Notes under the pieces: generated by a model
Seen by the model: only the letters and a program-made list of their open reading frames with translations
What the model was told of the DNA's origin: nothing
The model's database searches: none
Shown here: piece after piece, positions 51,039 to 59,437 of the stretch
Layout of the letters: each line of letters opens with the position of its first letter
Numbering within the stretch: the first letter of the stretch is position 1
Translations under genes and position numbers: made by a program
DNA from: Thermomicrobiales bacterium
GTDB lineage: Bacteria > Chloroflexota > Chloroflexia > Thermomicrobiales > UBA6265
Direction of reading: 5' to 3'
Length of the DNA stretch: 64,000 bases
Assembly: GCA_045804965.1 (NCBI GenBank)
Contig: JBJMMD010000016.1
Coordinates: forward strand, 206,724-270,723

Positions 51039-52043
51039 ATGCGCGCGGTGATAGTTGAAGAACCGGGCAAGGTCCGAGTCGATCAGGTACCTGATCCCGA
51101 GTTCGAACCGAAAGACGTTGTTATCAAAGTCGGTGCCTGTGGCATTTGTGGGACCGACATCCATATCATCGACGGCGAGTTTCCGCCCACGAAATACCCA
51201 ATCATTCCCGGCCATGAGTTCGGCGGCACGGTCGTCGCCGTGGGTGAGGATGTCACCGGCGTCAAGGTCGGCGACCGCGTCGGGGTCGATCCCACCCTGA
51301 ACTGCGGCGAGTGCTACTTCTGCCAGCGCGGGATGGGCAACCTTTGCGAGCGCTGGAACGCGGTCGGGGTGACAAAGACCGGCGGCTTCGCGGAATGCGT
51401 TGCCGTGCCCGAGCGAACCGTATACCCCCTGCCCGAAGGCATGTCGTTCGCGGAAGCGGCGCTCATCGAGCCCGTGAGCTGCGTGGTGCATGGTTTCCAC
51501 ATGCTCCAGCCGCGAGTCGGCGACAGCTATCTGATCTACGGCGCCGGCCCGATGGGGCTTCAGAACGCGCAACTCGCGCGCTTCAATGGCGCTCGAGTCG
51601 TCGCAATTGTCGATATCAACCCAGGCCGGCTCGAGATCGCCCGCTCGTTTGGGTTCGACATCGTCGGCACGTCGCTGGATGAGGTGCGCCATGTCGCGCC
51701 GCGTGGGTTCGACAACGTGATCGAAGCGACCGGCAAAACTAAGGTCGCCGAGCGCGCCATCGACGCGGTGATCCGCCGCGGCAAGCTCCTACTCTTCGGC
51801 GTCTGTCCGCCAGGCGAAACGGCAGCCTACGATGCGTTCAAAATCTACAATCAAGAAATCACGATCCTGGGCACGATGGCGGTCATCAACAGCTACGGTC
51901 CCGCGATCGACGTCATCTCGGCCGGCGCTGTCGACGCCAAGAAAATGGTCACCCATACCTTCCCGATCGCCCAATTCGCCGAGGCCGTCGACCTCGTCCG
52001 CCAGGGCGGCGGACTCAAAGTGCAAATTGATCCGAATTTGTAG
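51039..52043 (+). CDS. Zn-dependent polyol dehydrogenase
   Basis: GICGTD, GHE, CGECYFC..C, GAGPMG; downstream of the polyol ABC genes. Confidence 0.9.
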   Translation: MRAVIVEEPGKVRVDQVPDPEFEPKDVVIKVGACGICGTDIHIIDGEFPPTKYPIIPGHEFGGTVVAVGEDVTGVKVGDRVGVDPTLNCGECYFCQRGMGNLCERWNAVGVTKTGGFAECVAVPERTVYPLPEGMSFAEAALIEPVSCVVHGFHMLQPRVGDSYLIYGAGPMGLQNAQLARFNGARVVAIVDINPGRLEIARSFGFDIVGTSLDEVRHVAPRGFDNVIEATGKTKVAERAIDAVIRRGKLLLFGVCPPGETAAYDAFKIYNQEITILGTMAVINSYGPAIDVISAGAVDAKKMVTHTFPIAQFAEAVDLVRQGGGLKVQIDPNL

Positions 52044-52255
52044 AAAAGAGGCGGTCTTAGTCGGACGATCGCCCGGGAATCAATAGGGCTCAGAGGGCAC
52101 CCCGCTCACCCATGGAAGTCGGTTTCAACCGACTGATTGCCGCGGGCGAACCGTTCCTCGTAGCGGCGCGGGCCGCGTCAAGTCTCTCAGGCACGGAAGG
52201 GCTTCGTTTAGTTTAGCCTAGGACTTTGGGCCCCAGGGATGATTCCGAGTACGAG

Positions 52256-53920
52256 CTAACGCTTCAGCGGTGCCGTCTTCAGGGTCAACTCAGTGCCGAT
52301 CGCGCGGTTCTTTTGATAGTCGGTGAAGCCGCCGGGGAAATCGCGGACGATCCCATCCCGCAGCTCGACCGTGCGCGTGCACAGCTTGTCGAGAAAGTAG
52401 CGGTCGTGCGAGATCGTCAGAATCGCGCCTGGGAAATCGAGGAGCGCCGCTTCCAGAACCTCGGTCGAACTGATGTCGAGGTTGTTCGTCGGCTCGTCGA
52501 GCAGTAAGAAGTTCGCTCCGCCCAAAATCAGTGAACCAATTTGCAGGCGAGCGCGCTCGCCGCCACTCAGGTTGCCGATCGTGTTCAGCGCATCGTTTCG
52601 GTCGAAGAGCAAACTATTCAGAAATGAAATCGCCTGCTGCTCGGTGTACGGCTTGAGTTTACGCACCAACTCAAGCGGCGTCATTACCGGGTTGAGCGTT
52701 TCCTGCTCCTGGGCATAGTAGCCGACGACAATCGACGGACCGATCCGCAACGCGCCCGTGGTCGGTTGCTCCTTGCCGAGAATGAGCCGGAAAAGCGTCG
52801 TCTTGCCCGCGCCATTCGGCCCGACCAACCCAACAACCTCGCCATTGCGAATCATGAAATCGAACGGCTTGAAGACTTCGCGCTCGTCGAATGATTTAGC
52901 AAGTCCTTTCGCTTCGAGCACGAGCGTTGAGCCGCGTCCAGCGTCGAAATCAACTTCGATTTGTCGCCGGTTGAGCACGGGACGGGGCGTTCGGTCAAGA
53001 CGCTCTCGTTCCTCGGCCAGCTTTCGCCGCTGATTTTCGGCTCGGGGCGCGAATTTGTCGTTCTGCCTTGCCCATTGCGTCAATTGCTCTGCGCTCGCCT
53101 TGAGCTTTTTGAATTCCCGCTCTTGGAGGTCGCGAAGTTGCGCTTGCCGCTCCAACCGATTCCGCTTGAGCAGCAGATACGTGGTGTAATTCCCGGGATA
53201 CTCGACAACCTGGCCGTCCTCGAGCTCGAGGATTTCATTCGCGACGCGGTCGATGAAATAGCGGTCGTGGGTGATGATCGCAACCGCGGCTGAATGGCTG
53301 ACGATGAAGCCTTCGAGCCAAGCTTTCGCCTCGAGATCGAGGTGATTGTCTGGCTCGTCGAGCAACAAGACATCGGGATCTTCGACCAAGAGACGCGCAA
53401 GCGCGGTTAACTTCTTCTCGCCGCCGCTGAGCACGCCGACGCGCGAATCCCATCGCTCTTTCGGCATCCGCAGGCCCGCCAGCACCTCGTCGACTGCGTC
53501 GTCGCCCCCCGCGGATGCGCCGTCGAGCCGGGTGAGTGTCGCGGTGTAATCGTCCATCACAATGGCCAACGCATCGTCATCGAGCGGTTCGGCCATCTGC
53601 GCTTCAAGCTCGTGCAGTCGCGCTTCGAGTGCGCTCTCATCGCCCGCGGCAAGCGCAACGACGTCCCGCACCGTTTGATGGGGGTCGAGCGCTGATTCTT
53701 GACTGAGATATCCAACCGTGAGACCGCGGCGATAGGTGACGACTCCACTCTCGGGATTGAGCTTCCGCGCCAGGAGCTTGAAGAGGGTCGATTTGCCGGC
53801 GCCGTTCGCACCGATCAGCGCTAGGCGGTCACCCTCGCGAATCTCGAACGAGGCATCCTCGAAGATCTGGTTACCACCGTGGGCGTATCGAATATTGGCG
53901 GCCTGAACGAGCAGCGTCAT
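52256..53920 (-). CDS. ABC-F family ATP-binding protein
   Basis: Two ABC cassettes (GANGAGKST/LSGGE/DEPDNHLD; GPNGAGKT/LSGGE/DEPTNNLD); no TM segments. Confidence 0.95.
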   Translation of the reverse strand: MTLLVQAANIRYAHGGNQIFEDASFEIREGDRLALIGANGAGKSTLFKLLARKLNPESGVVTYRRGLTVGYLSQESALDPHQTVRDVVALAAGDESALEARLHELEAQMAEPLDDDALAIVMDDYTATLTRLDGASAGGDDAVDEVLAGLRMPKERWDSRVGVLSGGEKKLTALARLLVEDPDVLLLDEPDNHLDLEAKAWLEGFIVSHSAAVAIITHDRYFIDRVANEILELEDGQVVEYPGNYTTYLLLKRNRLERQAQLRDLQEREFKKLKASAEQLTQWARQNDKFAPRAENQRRKLAEERERLDRTPRPVLNRRQIEVDFDAGRGSTLVLEAKGLAKSFDEREVFKPFDFMIRNGEVVGLVGPNGAGKTTLFRLILGKEQPTTGALRIGPSIVVGYYAQEQETLNPVMTPLELVRKLKPYTEQQAISFLNSLLFDRNDALNTIGNLSGGERARLQIGSLILGGANFLLLDEPTNNLDISSTEVLEAALLDFPGAILTISHDRYFLDKLCTRTVELRDGIVRDFPGGFTDYQKNRAIGTELTLKTAPLKR

Positions 53921-53973
53921 CGTCGCGCAATCCTCTTAACCAACCATTCACACGACCCGCATCGTAGCAGAGC

Positions 53974-54735
53974 CTAGATGAGCGCGGGCAATCGAGACGA
54001 ACCGCGGATGAACTCGGCTACGTCCTGGTCCGCTGGCAGAGCGAGCAATGTTCCCGGGTTGTCCAGTTGCGCGATCCGGCCATCGAGGAGAATCCCGAGC
54101 CTGTCACCCAACGCGAGCGCCTCGTCAAGATCGTGTGTCACGATCGCGGCCGCCGCGCCGCTTTCCCGCAAGTTCCTGGCGAGATCCGGTACGAGCCTCG
54201 AACGGCTGGGCGGATCGAGTGCCGCGAATGGCTCGTCGAGCAGGATCAGCATCGGATCGACCGCGAACGCGCGGGCAAGCGAAACTCGTTGCGCCTCGCC
54301 GCCGGAGAGCGTTCGCGCCGCTCGGTCGGCGAGATGGCCGACGCCAAAGCGCTGTAGCCATTCCCTCGCCCTCGCCTCGGCATCGTGCCGGCCAACGCCA
54401 CGGAAACGAAGCCCGCTCGCGGCATTGTCCAACACGCTGAGGTCGAAGAGCAGGGGGGACTGGAAGACCATCGCAATTCGTCGCCTCAGCGCCAGCGAGC
54501 GTTTGTGACTAGCCAATTCTCCACTTATCAAGATTTCGCCCTTGGCGGGTTGGAGCAAGAGGGCCGCGACCTGTAGCAGCGTGCTCTTCCCCGCCCCATT
54601 TGGTCCCGCCAGTGTCACCACCTCCCCCGGGGCGATGTCGAGTTCTGGGACGTGAAGCGTGGCTCGTGCGCCGCGCTTGACTTCGATGCCGCGCATTCGC
54701 AGGGCTGGAGACTTTGCACATGATCGCTCGTTCAT
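53974..54735 (-). CDS. tupC: Tungstate ABC ATPase
   Basis: GPNGAGKST, LSGGEAQR; ATGA overlap with tupB. Confidence 0.8.
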   Translation of the reverse strand: MNERSCAKSPALRMRGIEVKRGARATLHVPELDIAPGEVVTLAGPNGAGKSTLLQVAALLLQPAKGEILISGELASHKRSLALRRRIAMVFQSPLLFDLSVLDNAASGLRFRGVGRHDAEARAREWLQRFGVGHLADRAARTLSGGEAQRVSLARAFAVDPMLILLDEPFAALDPPSRSRLVPDLARNLRESGAAAAIVTHDLDEALALGDRLGILLDGRIAQLDNPGTLLALPADQDVAEFIRGSSRLPALI

Positions 54736-55430
54736 TGCCGACACTGTCGTTGCTGGATTGTGGTTAAGGCGAGATTCACCGCGTAGGTCATCACAAGCAA
54801 GACAATCGAAAGCGCAACCGCGACATCGTAATGCCCACGACCGACCTCGAGCACGGTCGCGGTCGTCAACACGCGCGTTTCGCCTTTGATATTGCCGCCG
54901 ACCATCATGGCCGCGCCAACTTCAGAAATGACCGCTCCGAATCCCGCCATCACCGCCGCCAGAATCGGCAACCTCGCCTCTCGCAGCAGCCACCAAACCG
55001 CTTGCGTCCGCGAGGCGCCGAGCGTCATCAATTGCAGCCGCAACCGAGGATCGAGACTCTGCAGCGACGCGATGGTCAAGCCAATCACGATCGGCACCGC
55101 AATGGCCGCCTGCGCCAGGATCATGGCCGTGGGCGTGTAGAGCAGGCGGAGGTCGCCGAGAGGGCCATTGCGGAAAAGCAGCAAGCTGAGAATGACGCCG
55201 ACCGTAACCGGCGGCAATCCCATCCCGGTGTGCACCAATCCGACGACCAGCGCCCGCCCAGGAAACCGGGAAAGCGCCAACGCCGATCCGATGGGCACGC
55301 CGACGATGAGACTGATCGCGGTCGCGGTGAGCGAAACCCGCAGCGACAACCCAATGATCGTCCAGACATCATCGTCGCCGCTGATCAGAAGCTGGATTGC
55401 TTCCTTGAACCCGTTCCAGATTTCGCCCAT
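54732..55430 (-). CDS. tupB: Tungstate ABC permease
   Basis: GMGLPPVTVG, GPLG, ISEVGAAMMVGGNIKGETRVLTTA. Confidence 0.88.
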   Translation of the reverse strand: MGEIWNGFKEAIQLLISGDDDVWTIIGLSLRVSLTATAISLIVGVPIGSALALSRFPGRALVVGLVHTGMGLPPVTVGVILSLLLFRNGPLGDLRLLYTPTAMILAQAAIAVPIVIGLTIASLQSLDPRLRLQLMTLGASRTQAVWWLLREARLPILAAVMAGFGAVISEVGAAMMVGGNIKGETRVLTTATVLEVGRGHYDVAVALSIVLLVMTYAVNLALTTIQQRQCRQ

Positions 55431-55440
55431 GGCTCGCGAC

Positions 55441-56331
55441 TCATCCGCTGGTCGGGGAGGCGACCGGCGTCGCCGGCACAATGCCGCACGAATCGTCAGC
55501 GCACGGCGTGAACAGGGCCTGCCCGAACTTGTCCTTGCCGAACTCCCCAATCACGTCCTGAGTCGCCGGCGCAAGCATGAAGTCGATGAACGCCTGGGCC
55601 CCGGCGACATTGATCGTATTGTACCGGTCCGGATTGACCGCCATCACGTGGTAGATGTTGATGAGCGCCGGGTCGCCTTGCGACAAGACGGCGAGGTCGA
55701 GCTGATCCTTGAGCGCCAGGTAGGTGCCCCGATCGCTGATCGTGTAGGCGTCGCGGGCGTTGGCGATATTGAGCGTATCGCCCATGCCGGTGCCTGATTC
55801 GACATACCACGACCCGCTCGGTTTGATCCCCGCCTTGTCCCACAAACTTAGTTCGAGCTTGTTCGTGCCCGAGTCATCGCCACGGCTAATGAAAGGCGAC
55901 TCCGTCGAGGCGATTGCTTTCATGGCGTCGAGCGCGTTGTCGGTATTCTTGATGTCCGCGGGATCGCTTTTCGGTCCGACGATGATGAAGTCGTTGTACA
56001 TCACGAGATGCCGATTCACGCCATACCCCTTCGCCATGAACTCCTCTTCGGCCGCTGGACTATGAACCAAAAGCACGTCTGCCTCGCCCTTCTCGCCCAA
56101 CTCCAACGCGGCCCCGGAGCCAACCGCGATCGGTTTGGCGTGATACCCGGTTTCTTTTTCGAACAGCGGTACGAGGACATCGAGTAAACCGGAATCCTGC
56201 GTGCTCGTCGTTGTCGCCAGAATGACGTCTTTGGGCCCGGGCGCAGGTGTGCCCTGAGCCGCTCCGCGGGCTGAGGTTGCAACCAGCGCAATCATCGATA
56301 TCATCATGAGCCGAATGACCAGCGTCTTCAC
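55441..56331 (-). CDS. tupA: Tungstate-binding protein
   Basis: ATTTSTQDSGLL (TTTS motif), MYNDFIIVGP, SRGDDSGT; AAAGGAGG RBS before GTG. Confidence 0.88.
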   Translation of the reverse strand: MKTLVIRLMMISMIALVATSARGAAQGTPAPGPKDVILATTTSTQDSGLLDVLVPLFEKETGYHAKPIAVGSGAALELGEKGEADVLLVHSPAAEEEFMAKGYGVNRHLVMYNDFIIVGPKSDPADIKNTDNALDAMKAIASTESPFISRGDDSGTNKLELSLWDKAGIKPSGSWYVESGTGMGDTLNIANARDAYTISDRGTYLALKDQLDLAVLSQGDPALINIYHVMAVNPDRYNTINVAGAQAFIDFMLAPATQDVIGEFGKDKFGQALFTPCADDSCGIVPATPVASPTSG

Positions 56332-56459
56332 GTTTATTCCTCCTTTGTCGGGCCGAATCGACGACGCGGCCGGGGTTCGATCCTTGGAGGGTTTGTTCGC
56401 AAATCGCCGCAGCGAGTGCGCGCAAGCATAGCAAAGCGCAGATCGAGCAAGGAGCAACC

Positions 56460-57380
56460 ATGGACCACGCCCAAGACGTTCAGTTCGCCCATGGCGACAC
56501 GATGTTGGCCGGAACGCTGCGCCGCCCCGAGGGTTCTGAACCACATCCCGCCCTGGTGATGCTGCAGGGCTCAGGCCCGGCCGACCGGGACAGTGATGGT
56601 TACTTCCCGCCCTTACGCGATCACTTCGTGGGCAGCGGTTTCGCCGTGCTTTCCTGGGACAAACCTGGCATCGGCGGGTCGACGGGGCGTTGGACGCGGA
56701 TGACGATCTTCGACCGGGCAGCCGAAGCGCTGACCGCGATCAAGTGGCTCCGGCTGCAAGATGGGATCGATGCCTCACGCGTCGGCATCTGGGGTCACAG
56801 TCAGGGCGGCTGGGTCGGCCCACTTGCCGCGTCCCAATCGCGCGATCTCGCCTTTCTCATCGTCAATTCTGGACCGGCGATCGGTCTGCACGAGCAAGAT
56901 TTGTACGGCATTGAACACACGCTACGCGACGACGGGGTGGACGACGAAGAGATCGCCCGCGCGCTCGAGTTCATGCGCGCGATCCACACCGCCGCACTGC
57001 GAGGCGCATCATACGACGAGGTCAAGCAGACGATCCTGGAAGAAGCGAGAGGTAAGCCCCGATTCGACTACCTCGGCGATTTCGGCTCCGACGAATGGCA
57101 CTTAGAGGTCATCTACGCCCAGCATCCTTACGATCCAGCCCCGCCGCTCGCGCTCATTACGTGTCCCATGTTGGTGATTTTTGGCGAGCTGGACCCGCTC
57201 GTGCCGGTCCAGAAAAGCGCGCGAGTTTTCGAATCGCTCGGTGCATCATCAGGCCACGACGTCACCGTTCGCATCTTTCCCGGAGCAAATCACCGGATTA
57301 AGGTCGGCGAACCCAAGGACTTCGCGCCAGGATACCTCGACACGATGACGCAGTGGATTTGGGAACGAATCCGCTCCTGA
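56460..57380 (+). CDS. Alpha/beta hydrolase
   Basis: GSGP, DKPGIG, GHSQGG nucleophile, GELDPLV, GANH. Confidence 0.9.
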   Translation: MDHAQDVQFAHGDTMLAGTLRRPEGSEPHPALVMLQGSGPADRDSDGYFPPLRDHFVGSGFAVLSWDKPGIGGSTGRWTRMTIFDRAAEALTAIKWLRLQDGIDASRVGIWGHSQGGWVGPLAASQSRDLAFLIVNSGPAIGLHEQDLYGIEHTLRDDGVDDEEIARALEFMRAIHTAALRGASYDEVKQTILEEARGKPRFDYLGDFGSDEWHLEVIYAQHPYDPAPPLALITCPMLVIFGELDPLVPVQKSARVFESLGASSGHDVTVRIFPGANHRIKVGEPKDFAPGYLDTMTQWIWERIRS

Positions 57381-57842
57381 GCGATTTCGCGCATGTGACG
57401 CCCGCACGGGCCGGGCACAATGCTTCTGCCCTCGGATGAGCCGCGTCGAACCTGAAATGCGACCAACTCGTAATTTAATCCGACGCGACTGGAATGTCGG
57501 CGAATGGAGGTCACGCTGTACGGCGTGACGTTACTTTTCCGTAAGCAATACACCGCGCACGAAGGTTTGCCCGGCTCGAAACGCGATGCGTCTGCTAAAG
57601 ACGATCCCGAAACGATTCGGAACTTCCTAAAGCAACTCGACGACGAAGTAGCGGCAGCGTAGTCGCCGAGTTCGACCGCACGCACAAAACGACGAGCGCC
57701 CGGCAAGGATGCTGGGGCGCTCGTTGCGTGTCGGGTCGAATCTGTTGAACCCGGGTCGGCTGGCGGTGAGACTCGGCATCTCGTCATCGCTCCATCGCAG
57801 GACTATAAAGGCGATATATCAGTCAATACCGTTTGAAATAAA

Positions 57843-57878
57843 TGCCGAGGCCGGTTCAAGCTCGAACCGGCCTCGGCA
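57843..57878 (-). terminator. Intrinsic terminator after the 57917 gene
   Basis: TGCCGAGGCCGGTTC-aagctc-GAACCGGCCTCGGCA stem followed by TTTATTT on the minus strand. Confidence 0.7.
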
Positions 57879-57916
57879 GAGAAGGTAATTAAGATTCGGT
57901 TCGCTCGGAACCGAAA

Positions 57917-58192
57917 CTAATCGGCTTCGTCTAGATCACGATAGCTCGTACCAGACTTGGCAAGGCCGCGACTGAGCATGTAACCGATTCCTAGCGCGGT
58001 AACCAGTGTCCAAGCCCACTGTCCATCTAAGCTATCGTCAAACCTACTCGCGATTAATACCGCGGCTACCGCAGCAATGAGGATCATGAGTTCTGTCGTC
58101 TTGAAGGAGGGCTTCGTCTCCTCGCGCAGACGGGTGACAACTCTGTCCTCGACTCTCCCTACACCAATCACTTCGCGATTCGCGGTAACCAC
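57917..58192 (-). CDS. Small two-TM membrane protein
   Basis: ETKPSFKTTE-TM-AWTLVTALGIGYMLSRGLAKSG; pattern I recall from actinobacterial hypothetical proteins. Confidence 0.75.
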   Translation of the reverse strand: MVTANREVIGVGRVEDRVVTRLREETKPSFKTTELMILIAAVAAVLIASRFDDSLDGQWAWTLVTALGIGYMLSRGLAKSGTSYRDLDEAD

Positions 58193-58300
58193 GCCTTACC
58201 CTTTCCGTCGGCCGCCCCTATTCCGCGCCTAGTCTCAGCGACTACCGGCTCGGACCATCCGACCGGCGCCGCCGCGCGTTGGCGAACCACTCGTCATAAA

Positions 58301-58316
58301 GGCAGGAACGATGCCA
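58301..58316 (-). promoter_or_regulatory. Sigma54-type motif TGGCATCGTTCCTGCC (also reads GG-N10-GC on the + strand)
   Basis: GGCAGGAACGATGCC satisfies GG-N10-GC on both strands, between divergent ORFs. Confidence 0.55.
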
Positions 58317-58526
58317 TGGTTCGCCGACCGAGCGGTCTGCCGACTTGCCTGATTAGGCGGCGAGAGTCGGGCCGTCACTGTCTCACCTCAGCACGAGCAC
58401 AGGACCTTTGCGACCACTACCGCACTTCCAACTAGTCGGGCTTGTTCTTTTGGGAATAAAGCGTAAAGTGTGGATGCTCCCGCCACGAGGTATCCGTCTC
58501 ATTCGGCCCACGAATTGAGGTGTGCA

Positions 58527-58907
58527 ATGCCCGAACGACGCGAGGTTACGGAGACCTACTGGACGTGGTGCTCCAAGTGGCATGTGCCTTACCCTTGTCG
58601 AAAGACCCGTGTTGTCACGAAGTGGTGTTACGAGTTTTCGTTCATCATAGTTAGCAACCGGGGTTTCTGGACAAATAACTGGGGCTGTGAGTTCAACATT
58701 CGGTATGAATGGCGGGATTGGCATTTTTTCCCGGTCGGCTTCGACGACTCAACTGTCTACTTCGTAGAAAAATGCTTCACGAACCAACTTGAGAGCAGTG
58801 GTGCATGCTCCTCTGCCGTCGCGGTCGACTACTTGAAGAAAACGCTAGGCCCTGACTTGGCGAGCCTGCTGAATGAAGGCGGGTCTGACAAAGAGACGAC
58901 CGAATAA
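58527..58907 (+). CDS. Hypothetical Cys/Trp-rich protein
   Basis: GAGGTG RBS; WTWCSKWHVPYPCRK...KWCYEF...WGCE...KCF...GAC; visibly AT-richer than the flanks. Confidence 0.65.
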   Translation: MPERREVTETYWTWCSKWHVPYPCRKTRVVTKWCYEFSFIIVSNRGFWTNNWGCEFNIRYEWRDWHFFPVGFDDSTVYFVEKCFTNQLESSGACSSAVAVDYLKKTLGPDLASLLNEGGSDKETTE

Positions 58908-58994
58908 CCACCCGCGTTTTCGTTCGAATTGAGTGGCTTTCCTATCACATCATGGCTATCCCGTCGCTGACGAGGCAACCGGGTCGCACAACGC

Positions 58995-59071
58995 AAAAAG
59001 AACGGCTCCGGGGGAGAGGGGGACCGGAGCCGTTCAGGGAAGGGACGGCCGCGCATTCGACGCGGCAGCCA
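58995..59071 (-). ncRNA. Candidate ~77-nt sRNA with C-rich (anti-SD-like) segments
   Basis: 5' hairpin, UCCCUUCCCU linker, 12-bp terminator stem with UCCCCCUCUCCC loop and UUUUU; promoter motif directly upstream; no ORF. Confidence 0.55.
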
Positions 59072-59081
59072 CAACCGCTAA

Positions 59082-59097
59082 CGCAGCGGATATGCCA
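59082..59097 (-). promoter_or_regulatory. Sigma54-type motif TGGCATATCCGCTGCG
   Basis: TGGCAY, GG-N10-GC; predicted +1 near 59071. Confidence 0.55.
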
Positions 59098-59289
59098 CGA
59101 ACGCCCGGTCAGTCGGCGGCGAGACTGGTCAAGTCGTTGTCATCCCACCGCAGCGCCAAGACGGCGTTATCGAAGTTCTCACCGCGTGGGCAAATGCCAG
59201 GGCCCGGGCAATGACGCGCCGTTCGTCGTCATCAATTCCCGCGATGGTTCTTTCGAGTTCAGCGTCCTCTCAACGCCCTCATAGCGTGC

Positions 59290-59321
59290 ACAGACCAGCG
59301 GCCTTCAGCCCGCTGGTCTGT
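59290..59321. repeat. Palindromic REP-like hairpin
   Basis: ACAGACCAGCGG-ccttcagc-CCGCTGGTCTGT. Confidence 0.5.
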
Positions 59322-59437
59322 GGTCTATGCTCATCGCGATTAGCCGCTCACACGTAGAGATTGGTAACCTAGGTGAATTGCGGCGAGGATCTTGGTTCTT
59401 CGCCCGGTCATCACTGAACCGATTGTAGGAATCGCCC

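Noticed and set aside
57504-57662. 52-aa ORF ending DDEVAAA, resembling a tmRNA tag
   Set aside because: No tRNA-like GGGG..CCA ends or T-arm around it; weak RBS, so not called as tmRNA or CDS.
59110-59270. Protein-like minus-strand fragments (EDAELERTIAGIDDDERR...; ENFDNAVLALRWDD...)
   Set aside because: They lie in different frames with no start codon/RBS and no recognised family; a CDS or pseudogene call cannot be supported.
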